A stretch of 64,000 nucleotides of DNA. It comes from Thalia democratica. Taxonomy: Eukaryota. The notes beneath the pieces are model-generated. The model ran no database searches. It was not told the origin of the DNA and saw only the letters and a program-made list of their open reading frames with translations. This document shows positions 12,401 to 22,799 of this stretch, one piece after another (the first letter of the stretch is position 1; each line of letters opens with the position of its first letter). The DNA lies in the NCBI GenBank assembly GCA_965202585.1, contig OZ241830.1:54002001-54066000 (forward strand), in the 5' to 3' direction. Position numbers and translations under genes: made by a program.

Positions 12401-14061
12401 AACCTTTTTACGATAAATGAAAAATTGAAGAAATATTTTGAAGTAAAGGTGAAATAGGTTTATTCTACTTTTAAACTTATATATACGTTTATTATTTGTT
12501 TTTTTAATATCTCTTTTTATGTAAAATATTATGAAATAAAAAGCTTTTTTATCCAAAAAAAATTAAAATGGTTGATATAAAAAAACGTTTTGAAAGTTAA
12601 TAAAGTTTTTTGTGATTAAGTTTAAAAGCATTAAAAACGATTTAGCTTTACACTGTATATATTTTTCCAAATAACTTAGTACTAAGGTATGTTTTCTGCA
12701 TTACCTTGGTAAATAAAGCTAAAAATATGTAGAACATAGAATAAAATTTTTATCTAGCTTAGATAACAGTTAATTTTTTTTTTACTACTTGTTTAGTTAA
12801 ACAGTTTATATTATTTATATACTACTAATCTGTGCTGTTGTTGAGTTATGCAATATGTTACATGATGCTTAATTTTAAACTATCTTGATAGATAAAATAT
12901 ATCATCAAGTGTCTAAGCTTTAGCTAGTAAAATAAAACGTCAGTAATCTGCTACAAAAAATATTTAAACAAAAAAGAAAACAACTGCAAAATTTTAGTTT
13001 GTAATACATAATTAATTTAGTGACTGAAAAATAATACACTTAGTTATTTAATTTTATATTTAAAATGATTACTCGTTTTTATTGCAACAACAATAACTGT
13101 TCAGCGGAGTGGACATACAAACTGAAGTATTTCCGGCTGCAACGGATAGTAGATTTTTAAGAACAGTGAGTCTATTTATTTTACTCTATATAAGTTGAGT
13201 TTTTATGTTATGAACAGTATTTCTTGAAGACCCTTATTTTGATTACTTAGTTTTTAATACAGCAGTCTGCCGCTTGAGTTCTTACTTTGAACAAAACCCA
13301 AAAGTGCAACTTAACTATTAATACTAACTAAGCAAAATATTTTTATATAATACTTTGTTTTTAAAACTCTGCAATTTACCAAATTTTAAATAAATTAAAA
13401 TATTACATGTCAAAATGTTTGTTTTTCGAAACAAGTTAACGACGTTATTTTGATAAGTTGCCGTATCGTTATTAATTCACACTTTAGATTAAATAATATT
13501 GTTTAAATAAATTCAAAATTTTTCGTTAAAATATGATTTAAATTTTATATAAGAAGAATAGAATTGCAAATAACGTGACACCTGAGCGCAGAGATAATAC
13601 GTTTATTGTATGAAAAGCCTTTTTGTTCTACGAATTGAAAGTTTTATTTATATATGAAGATTGAAAATAAAAGTTCATTTGTTACTAGTAAAAGTTCTAA
13701 GCCATAAAATTAATTTTTTGAGATTATTTATATTGAGGTAATTGAAATCTTTAGACGTGTTCAAATTCAATTACAGAGTTTTGTGTTATAAAAGATTATA
13801 AAACAACATTTGTTTGACTAATATAAACACTTAACACTAGAGCTCAACAACTTGATTGTAATATATAAACATTTGTATTTTTGGTATCTTAAAAATTTTT
13901 ACGTATAGGCGGGGTATCCAGCAATAGGATTTAGCCCAATGAGAAACACGCCTATTTTACTACACGATCATAACGAGTTTCTGAACGAAAAAGTTTTTCT
14001 AGAAGGAATAGAGTGCTATTGTGAAATTATTCCTGCACTTGCTAACGTCCCTTCTTTTTAG
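969..14061 (+). CDS. ACY1: Aminoacylase-1 (M20A peptidase family), 5'-partial gene; exons 969-1143, 2629-2775, 3943-4016, 4069-4185, 5592-5672, 10797-10865, 11829-11911, 13105-13165, 13909-14061
   Basis: Spliced translation [99 protein letters not shown] matches ACY1 motifs; all introns GT-AG with matching phases; metal/catalytic motifs (QDMK, DEE, DEG, HDHNE) intact. Confidence 0.96.
2629..2775 (+). CDS. ACY1: ACY1 exon (DEEVGG...ERTPW)
   Basis: taatag acceptor, gtaagt donor, DEEVGG and DEGLANP motifs. Confidence 0.95.
3943..4016 (+). CDS. ACY1: ACY1 exon ([16 protein letters not shown]...EKL)
   Basis: ttaag acceptor, gttagt donor, GHGSRF motif, phase fits neighbours. Confidence 0.92.
4069..4185 (+). 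CDS. ACY1: ACY1 exon (RRILNSV...TTVNLTRVN)
   Basis: acacag acceptor after a 52-bp intron, gtgagt donor. Confidence 0.92.
4640..5540. mobile_element. Non-autonomous DNA transposon, CA(A/G)GGTTCGTG TIR, 6-bp TSD aataaa
   Basis: caaggttcgtg at 4640 and cacgaaccctg ending 5540; aataaa on both flanks; nested gggaaaccctg end at 4862. Confidence 0.7.
5592..5672 (+). CDS. ACY1: ACY1 exon (GGIANNLVP...PTVDLD)
   Basis: cttcag acceptor, gttagt donor, FDFRIAP motif. Confidence 0.93.
6376..6746. mobile_element. MITE, CAGG(C/G)TT(G/A)CCA TIR, 6-bp TSD actttt
   Basis: caggcttgcca...tggtaaccctg; subterminal aaaacctggaa repeats; actttt on both flanks. Confidence 0.8.
6950..7030 (-). ncRNA. Degenerate hammerhead ribozyme (PLE-associated)
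   Basis: CUGAAGA (7017-7011), stem II gcactaata-gtaa-taccactgc (5' arm mutated), GAAAC (6988-6984), AUC triplet 6960-6958. Confidence 0.7.
7548..8082. mobile_element. Mutator-like MITE with TGCACGA subterminal arrays, 9-bp TSD
   Basis: About 23-bp imperfect TIRs (ggg..gtc..ttgcacga); flanks attttagat / atttcagat (8/9). Confidence 0.85.
9228..9407. repeat. Two (TA)n microsatellites, 9228-9248 and 9382-9407
   Basis: Directly visible. Confidence 0.9.
9270..9335 (-). ncRNA. Hammerhead ribozyme core between two (TA)n tracts
   Basis: CUGAGGA (9323-9317), perfect 8-bp stem II ctcctata/tataggag, GAAAC (9292-9288); stems I/III not resolved. Confidence 0.6.
9430..9510 (+). ncRNA. Degenerate hammerhead ribozyme (PLE-associated; GAAA mutated to AAAA)
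   Basis: CUGAAGA 9441-9447, stem II gcacaggta-gtaa-taccactgc, aaaac 9470-9474; homologous to 6950-7030. Confidence 0.65.
10797..10865 (+). CDS. ACY1: ACY1 exon ([14 protein letters not shown]...FIQ)
   Basis: aaacag acceptor, gtctgt donor; aligns with ACY1 FEEQLQSWCQAAG region. Confidence 0.88.
11090..11152 (+). ncRNA. Degenerate hammerhead ribozyme (retrozyme-like), G5A core variant
   Basis: ctaatgagtcctaataaacacgaaactggttataggtc resembles CUGAUGAGUCC..GGACGAAAC..GUC of metazoan type I hammerheads. Confidence 0.55.
11246..11714. mobile_element. Mutator-like MITE, same family as 7548-8082, opposite orientation
   Basis: tgcacga arrays, internal gggtaaggggtaacagtg; perfect 9-bp TSD atttgaatg (11237-11245, 11715-11723). 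Confidence 0.88.
11829..11911 (+). CDS. ACY1: ACY1 exon ([20 protein letters not shown]...)
   Basis: DDxxPWWxAF motif, gtaagt donor; A-rich aaattag acceptor is the only one giving the right frame. Confidence 0.88.
13105..13165 (+). CDS. ACY1: ACY1 exon ([20 protein letters not shown])
   Basis: gttcag acceptor, gtgagt donor, PAATD motif. Confidence 0.93.
13909..14061 (+). CDS. ACY1: ACY1 last coding exon ([11 protein letters not shown]...VPSF*)
   Basis: gtatag acceptor, LLHDHNE motif, TAG stop at 14059-14061. Confidence 0.95.
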   Translation, partial: AGYPAIGFSPMRNTPILLHDHNEFLNEKVFLEGIECYCEIIPALANVPSF

Positions 14062-14615
14062 CTGGGTGTTTTTATAAAATTTACTTATGTATAACCTAAA
14101 AATTACATCAAAATTAAGTGTACTAATTTAGAACATTAAAAATCATATGCAATTTATTTTTTATTTCATATTTTTAAAACTTTAATCTGTACTTTTTTTA
14201 TCCTAGTGCATTAAAAACTATTTTGATTAGTAACAATGTATTCTATTTATACTGTTTTTAAATAAAAAAAATATATAAATTATTGTTTTAGTACTAAAGT
14301 TTCACCTGTTTTATAAATTTAATCATTTGCTTGTGATGGTAAAGAAACATACATATACTTAATATAAAAATTTATATAGACAACTACTATATTTTAAAGA
14401 AGTTTTAATGTTAATACGAAATCGTAAAATATTTAAATGTTAGAACAGCTTTTTTTCCGGTGCATAACTTAACTAAAAGATATTACAAAACACATTTAAT
14501 TTTTTCTTAGTAATTTAATAATCACAAAATTTATTTGAACACTTTCGTAGTAAGTCTTATCAAAAGTTATATCTTACCAAATTAAACTGAATTGAAATAA
14601 AAGTATACTGTAAAG

Positions 14616-15867
14616 CAGGGTCGGCAGGCTGGAGGTACTCGCGGGCCAAATTTAGAACTTTAAATATCTTCGCGGGTCGCAGTTTTAGTTTTAATCACAG
14701 CTTTAGAATTATTTAGTTTTAGCTTCAATCAGTCTGATATATAGTCAGTCTGAATTTTAAATATACATATAGGGCTTAATTTTAAAAGGTAAAATTGCAA
14801 TTTTTGTCTTAAAAAATTAACATCTGTCTAATAAACTAATATTTTTATGCTTGGTGATTTAACTTCTTTAAACGAACGAGCTTAAAAATTAGTTGTATGC
14901 TTGTTTTTTAAATTTTCCTTATCAATCTCTTGTTAGTAAATCTTTTATATAACTTAAATATAATTATTTTTAAATTTTACGTTTAATAACTTTCAACATC
15001 TGATAAAAATTCAGTCTTTCAAATCAATACACTAAAGTAGATAAACAAACTAAAAAATATTATTAAAAAATATGCTAGCTTTAAAAAATTACGTTTAAAC
15101 TTTTAAAGAAGCTGTTTATTTCTATCAAATAGGGCTCCATTTTGAAACAAAAAAATTAGCCTAAGTAATCTAACTTGAATACTTTATAAAAGATAACAAT
15201 ATTCATAAAGGCTAAATAAAATTAAAAATGCTAATCAAGTACTACTACCACTATTATTATTGTGATTACTAAGTGCTTAACTACTTGGCTAGAAGATATT
15301 AATTTATAAAAAAAATTCAAAATAAAAACTTATCTAAACTAGATTTTCTATTTAAAAGTTTTACGCTAGATGAATTAAAAAAAAAATAATTTAAAATAAT
15401 CTATTTCTTTAAAAATGTTAAACTAACCTAAAAACTTGATAACCCTATCTAATATAAAACTAGTACAAAAATGTGTTTTTATAATACACAATTAATATGG
15501 TTTACTAACAATAAACTAATTGTAAACAAAGAAAATCTAAAAAAACACTTTCAGTAAATTAAAAAAAAAACAACTATTAACTTTTAAATAAGGTATAAAA
15601 GTTACTGAGTCACAAGAAAAGATAAATATATTGAGAGTTATAGCAATTCTAAAGGGTTTATTTTCAGTCAAACTACTTTTATGTCAAAGAACAGAACCTT
15701 TACCGAAAAAAATCAACTTAATTTATTATTTAAGTGTGCCAGATCAATATGCTTACGGGCCACAGAATTTTCTTTTGCGGGCCGCATCCTATTTAAAATA
15801 AAAACATACTAGCGGGCCACAGATTTATTCTTCGAGGGCTGCAATTGACCCGTGTTGTCCAATCTTG
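14616..15867. mobile_element. Decayed hAT-Charlie-like non-autonomous element
   Basis: cagggtcggca left end, repeated gcgggcc(g/a)ca subterminal motifs at both ends; TSD not clean. Confidence 0.65.
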
Positions 15868-17264
15868 GTAAAAAATCAAGTAAAACTCAAATCTTGGTTA
15901 ATTTTATATAAACTGGTATCTGATAATAGTGTACCTTCTCCAGTACTAAACATATTTTTAACTAGAAATGTAAGTTAGTTACCAAAATTATAAAAAATAA
16001 AAACTTTCATACCAACAACTTGCTAAAGCTAAAGAGAAGCCAACTTCGTGGCCAAAAGTAAACTTATCTTAAAAGTAGAGCCGTTTTGAATAAAGCTTCC
16101 TTATGTCTATTGGTTTAAAAGAGTTTTTTTTTTCGCAACTAAATCAGCAAGATTAAAGACATGTCGATCCTATTGTAATAGCATAGAATTTACAAAATTT
16201 ATGTTAAAGTAGTCAAATTATGGCAAATATGAAAAAAATAATTAAAAAAAAAACAAAAATTGTTATATATATTTTTTTCTTATCAGAAAAATACAGTTAT
16301 TAAATTAATACATTAAAGTTTTAATTTACTTAGATAGCTAAAGTAAAACAATTCATTTCAGTTTCTTAAGTTACAGCTTTTAAAACGCTAGAATCAATTT
16401 TAACGACTTGTGTTTATAACTAAAAAATGTAAACATTCTGCAAAAATTTTTTTATTTGAGAAAATGTTTGATTAAACTAAGGCTTAAATTTATTTTTTTA
16501 AGTTTTCAAAAGATTTCAATATTGTAAAATAACGTCATTTGTTCAGAGCTGATGCCGTGCAAAAAAGATAATTTAGCATTGGCATTTTATCAATTCCCAC
16601 CCATATTAATACCCAACTCTTCAAATCACATTAAGGTCAATTCAAGTCCCTTTAAATTTAATTCAAATCAACTCTTCCTGATCAGATCAAATCTGATTAT
16701 TTTTCAACTAATTTATTTTCCATCTAATCAAAAGACATATTTTCTATCATTCAATAACTATTTGGGTTTATTTTAATAAAAACTATTTTGTTTGAACATA
16801 ATCATCAAACTTATTAGATTTTTATCAGTTATGGTAATATCAACTTTAATCCGATCATTTGATTTCGTCGAAACCCAATCGGCTCACTAAAAGTTTCTTT
16901 TATGAAATTCAACTAAATATATTTTTTAAGTAAAATTCATTAAAATTCAAAATAACAGTAATCTTCTTATTGAATACACACTATAAATAGTATAGTCCCA
17001 AGAATGCACTCAACAGTAAGAGTGTACCTAAAAAGTATTAGTGTAAATAAAAAAAAATCTCAGAACAAAGATTTTGGCTAAAAAATGCTTACTCAAAAAG
17101 TGCTTACTAACACAAAATGTATTTTATTAGATTCTTCCTACCTTAGTATAGGGGTAATACTTGTTCTATTCTCCTTTTGAATAGTTAAAACAACTTATTT
17201 TTTAGAGGTACATACCTAAAGCCGGAGTAAACTTGTTTTACTTTGCCCAAAACTTACTTAAACA

Positions 17265-17760
17265 ACAAGCTGAGCACAACAACAAGCACAGCCTGTAGCA
17301 GATGGTAGCAACCCTCTTTGTAGGCTTTGCTTAAAGTAATCAACGGCCGTTGTGTATGCGTTAAAAAAAGAGGGTTATTTAAATAAGAGGAGTGAATTCA
17401 TATCGTTTTGTCGACACATGAAAAAGCTCCTCTTTGAATTCAATAAGTTTTTAAGTATTTAATGTTACAGTTACTTATTCATATTTTTTGAATTTTAGTT
17501 GTTTGTTTAGAAGGAAGATTAATTTTTGCACTGAAAATTGTACTCTACTATATTTGATATCAAAGTCACAGAGTTTTTTGTCTTTTTGTATAACTTTTGT
17601 ATCAATGTTAAGCAAAGTTCAAATCATTTAGAACCTTCAGCAGATGTTTAAAAACAATTTTATTAATATGTTTTGTTGTTAATGTACTCAAATTTTCTCA
17701 ATAAGTTATTTATAAGCCCTTTAAGTGGGCTCTGTGGAAAGTGATTCTGTTTATATAATC
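17265..17760 (+). mobile_element. Second copy of the PLE 3' end ([20 protein letters not shown] + 3'UTR)
   Basis: Aligns with 8830-9210; extends upstream through QAQPVADGSNPLCRLCLK. Confidence 0.8.
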
Positions 17761-19768
17761 ACATCATTTTCTATATGTATGTATTCTTTTTTTGTTCAAT
17801 CAATATTGTGCGTCAGAGTTCAGTAAAATACTACCCATGGCGTTAAGGCTTTTTGAACATATTTTCAAAAGATTTTCTAAATTAATTTTTTGTTATTTTA
17901 AGTATTTTATTATTAAAAATATCGAACACATTTATTTCCAGGGATACTTAGGTGGGCCAGCAAACTATTACATATGACACCTTAGGATTGGAATCCCATA
18001 ATTTAAATATTCAAGTAAATGTAAGATAGAAGTAGTCTAAAAAATATAAATAAAAACTTGCGTCTTTGATTTTTTTACAGATTTAATTGTATAAGTTGAT
18101 ATTTCCATGAAACTAATTGTCTTATTCCTTACTTTTTTCGTTATTTTGTGAAATTTGTTCTGAATTTGTTGTTTGGAAAAAACCTTTTTTAGAATAAGCT
18201 AAATAAAAAAACCTCAAAGTTTTTTTTAGATATAAGCAGCAAAACTTACATTTTTAATTTCAAATGTCTTTTTTTTCCAATAGTAATGTTTGTGACGATT
18301 TTAGTTTACTATTTTTTTAAATGGTTTTAAAAGAGTGTGATAAAAAATAATAAGTAAATTAAAAGTTTATAATAATTTAATTGTTTATATTTTCCAATGT
18401 TAATGAATAATTTTTTTAAATTTTTTTGCTGTTACAAACAACTTATTTTTTTATGCCTTTTAAAATAAAAATAAACAAGTTTAAGTTTCGTTTATTTCCT
18501 TATTAAACGTTAGCTTAAATAAGAAGTTGAAACTATTTAATTAATACTTTAAAAGTGTCTATACATTACTTTTTATAAAGTTATATAAATTACCGAGTCT
18601 TTAAGTCTTGATAAAACAAATAATATTGTTTTTATCAATCTTCTAACAGTTTTATTTTTAGTAAATTTTTATAAAAAATTTAAACAAGTTTGTTTTTTAT
18701 CATAACTTTTAGTTAAGTCGTTCGTTATACTTTTATTTCAAGATTTAAATAATTCAACATCAGAATTTATGATTAAAACATAAAAATTATTAATTATATA
18801 ATGTTTATCTTAGAATAAAAAGTTCAAATAAGATAATGTAAAGGATAGTTCAAGTTTCATGTTTTTAATTTTTTAATAAAATACCTGTATTTTTATGCAA
18901 GACTTAATACGCTTTCATTCATTGTTCTTATTATGTAAATTAATTGTTTCAATAGTCTACTTAAGTTTTGTTTTTTCCTAAATAAAGATAACTAATTTTA
19001 GTAGATTTTACCGTTTTATTTAAATTTAAAATTGATATAAACCTTGTTTTGCTACTAAACTTTTAGATAATATTTTACGAGCGTAGGATAATTTTTCAAA
19101 TGAACTATGATATGTCTCAGTATAGTTTAAAAATAAGTAATTATGTATATATCACAATTAAATGTATTCAAAAGGTTATAATGTGTTAGTAATTCAAAGT
19201 AAGACTGAACCATATTTAATTATAAAGTATATATAATTTTTAAACTTATAAGTTGCTAAAGCAAAACACTAAAATAAAATTAAGTCAGTGTCAATAATAA
19301 CAAACAAATTTTCGTAAACATTTAATGGAGCTTATAATTCTTGTTAAATATAAACAAAAACATCCTAAACGTAAAAGTTAATAATAGAGGAATATCAGAT
19401 TTTTAAAGTCTGCGAAATTTCACCTTCACTAAGAAACGATATATTTCACATATGTAAACTTGTTTGTACAAACTTAATTTAAGTTTTTTTTTCTTCTAGT
19501 AAACTTAGTTTAAAAATAATACTTTGCTTTTTGCACTGCAGTTTATTTCATACAAAATTACTACAATGTGCAAAAGAACAAACGTTTACTTATAAATAAA
19601 TAAAAGAAAATTTCTAATAGTAATTAAGTTATTTGCAAACAAACAAAACATATTTTTCAGAATTTTTGTTATAAAAAGTTTTATTTCAGTTACTTTTGAT
19701 AAATTTTTGCTAAAATGACGTCGCGGATAAAGTTTTTTGCTTGACGGGCTATAGTATATATGTGTATT

Positions 19769-19896
19769 GGGTAGGTGTCATACGCGAAAGGACACTTTTG
19801 CAAAGATTAATATTTTTTAACGGGTTAAACTTTTTTATTCTATTTAATTTTTCTCATTTTCTTTTTTTTTTATTATCACTGTTACTCCTTACCCTT
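19769..19896. mobile_element. Truncated copy of the TGCACGA Mutator-like MITE
   Basis: gggtaggtgtca left end, gacacttttgca, tatcactgttac motif. Confidence 0.6.
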
Positions 19897-21529
19897 GTTC
19901 TATCTATCTTTGTAGGCAAGTATGTTAAGTATATTTTAATGGACCTTTAAGATGACAAAAGCGCTAAAATGAAAAAAAAATCTTAGAATAGTTTTACTAA
20001 TTACAAAATTTTACATGTAAAATAAATACGTTGATTATTATGCATACCTCTTTGTTTTTCTAACCATTATGTTAAGATATTTTAGATAGTCTGGTATCAA
20101 GTTTTTTTTAGCCTTATACAAATTAAACATTTTTTTTATTTTGAATCACCTTATGTTTTGTAACAATAACAAATAAGTTTACTTCAAAAATTTTAGAAAC
20201 AAAATTTTTGTTAAAACGTTTTTAACTATAAAGGCCAAAAGAATACTGTAAACTAATTTAAAATAGTTTGTATCAATTTACAATATTTTACTTAAATACT
20301 TATTTAATTTTAGTAAAAATAAACAAGTTTAAACATATTTTATTTAAAATTAAAATATTTGTTTAAAAAAAAATATTTTATTTGCCTTTGGTGATAATAA
20401 AACTTTATATATAAAATTAAAATAGTTGATTTTTAAAAAGAAGTTTACTTTTTATCAGTAAGTTATTATCAGAAATATATTTTAAAAGTTCATTAGATAG
20501 TTCACTAAGCAAACAAAAAGACCACAGAAAGAACTTGATATGCTTAAAAACTCAAGTAAAATATAATTGTCATAGAATTTGCGAAATTAAATTTGCTACA
20601 AGAAAAAAATAAATTATCTAAATAATTTAACAATTATAGTTTTTATCAACTTATGAGAGATCATGCTACTTTAGATTAGACTCTTTTACTAGAAAAATAC
20701 AAAACTGCTTATTTTACTCGGTAATTTAAAATTTTCATTATCTATTTTTTTTAGTATAGCAGAGAACTACAAAACAATATTAGATCATCTCGATCACTTT
20801 CGTGTTTAAGTCAATTGAAAGGGTTCGGAAATCTGTTCGCATTTGTCTCTGAAGCACTAGCACAAATAGTTCACATTAGCTTTTTGATCGCTATTTATTT
20901 TTACCATTTAGTTTTTTATATGATAATGAATAGAAAATAATTTATTTGAATTCTAACTAAAGACTTTGATGCTTTTATCATTCAGTTACATTTTAAAACT
21001 AAATAACATTTGATATTCAGCTCTAGAAAAATAGAAATTAAGTTCATAAAAAATTGCTGAAAAGTGTTTATTTGTTTTTTAAGAACGTATTAAACTTTTA
21101 CTCGGAAATTATTTAATGAATAGTATTAAGATAATTTAGATATCAATATTTTGTTGGTAAAAGTTTATTTTGTAACATTAACACAAAAATTACATAACAG
21201 CTTAACTAAATAAAATTCTAAACATTAACAGTTTTCTTTCAATGAAAGTCAGTTCGACAATTTACTAAATACAGTTTTCCTTCATATTTTTTAAATGTAG
21301 AGATAATAGTGCAGTAAGAAATAATATGCAACCTAATCATTGTAAATGTAATTTCGACAAAAACAAACGTTTTTCAAAAAGTTTTCAGTTCAAGTTATTT
21401 ATATACAACATTAGTTTGCTTACAAATATATTTTTAAGTTTTGCAATATACTTGATTAATTACTACTGATTAAAGTAAACTTATTGATATATTAAGTTAT
21501 TTTGAACAACTATTTATACATCGTAACAT

Positions 21530-21620
21530 TTTTTATTGAACAACAGAAAAAGCGCTCTTATGACTTGGTTTACAAAAACCTTTCGGTTATTGAGTCATAC
21601 ACTACGGATATAGCTTAATG
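21530..21620 (-). repeat. Short dispersed repeat (probable LINE/SINE 3' tail), copy a
   Basis: Shares tggt(g/t)tacaaaaacctttcggttattgagtcatacac with 32245, 37800, 40300. Confidence 0.6.
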
Positions 21621-22563
21621 TAGAGTCAATGATATCGATATATTGATTAAAAAACCTAATAACTTAACTGTTAGATTTTTTTGCTATTATACCTTAAATC
21701 GGAATTGTTTCTCTTTTAATAGTTGTTATTACGTAAAAAATTATTATGAATAAAGCTGACTTCATTACTAGATAATTTTAAAATTGTATGACTTTTTTAC
21801 AGTTCGGATTAATAAGTTTTATGATGGGAAAATTTTCAAAGTTTAAAACTTCTACATGGCACTCAAAGTCTATAAAGAAAATGACTTTGTTTTCGATTTA
21901 AATTGACTTCTCCGGTTTTTAGGCACCTTATGCATTCTTATTAATTTTTATCTCAGTAGATAAATTTATTTAAAAACTTCAGACAAAACATTAGAATTTT
22001 CACAAAAGAGCCTGATTTTATATTTTATAGTTTGAATATGCAAACTTCAGTGACTAACCTTATGATCAATTTATATACGACATTCATGTTTTTAAAACTA
22101 AATTTACAATCAAAAACTTTAAGTAAAACACAGTTACCTCAAAGTTGTTGTTAACAAAACATAAGCTTATTAACAATAATTTAGGGTTTGTTCACATTAT
22201 TTGAGATTTTTTTTTATTACTGATAACAACAAATTTTAGTTATAACACGTATTTATTATTGACAAAACTTAAATTTATCTTTAAATATAATTCATTATTA
22301 AAAACTTTTACCAATGATATATAAATTATACCAAAACGACTTTTTATACAGTAAGATGAAACTTGTATATTATTCATTTATTAAAACAAAGTAAATTTAC
22401 TTAGATTACTAGTACTGACTTGATTTATAGCATTAAAAATAAACAAACTTTGTGTGTGATAAAGCATAACAGTGTAAATTTTACATAATTTTCACAGTAA
22501 ATTAAAAAAAAAACTCATGATCAATTACTATATCTCAAATAAACATAAAACATATCATTAAAA

Positions 22564-22799
22564 CTATGGTTTCCATTCAATTACTTGCTTAGCAACTCTT
22601 TTTGCTCTGTTTTCTATTTCTTTTGATTTTGCATCAAATTTAATACTTTTAGCAAAGTTTTGTAGTTCTTCCCGACCCTGGGTAGCTTCAGAAATATTTG
22701 TTAGTGCTTTAAAAGCGTACAATCGTTCCTCGCTGCATTCTGATTTAGTTTGTTTTTCGAGAAAAGTTATAGCGTTTTCAGAAATGCATGCAAATTTTC
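22564..22799 (-). CDS. RSPH14: RSPH14 coding exon 6 (stop)
   Basis: cgcag acceptor, KALTNISEA..GR..VIEWKP*, TAG at 22566-22564. Confidence 0.92.

Noticed and set aside
16540-16880. Minus-strand FEELGINMG, faintly SAM-domain-like
   Set aside because: Many stops and no further motif support
8830-17340. Apparent identical 5' boundary of the two PLE 3'-end copies
   Set aside because: The 17 kb copy continues upstream in PLE frame (QAQPVADGSNPLCRLCLK), so 8830 is only a truncation point
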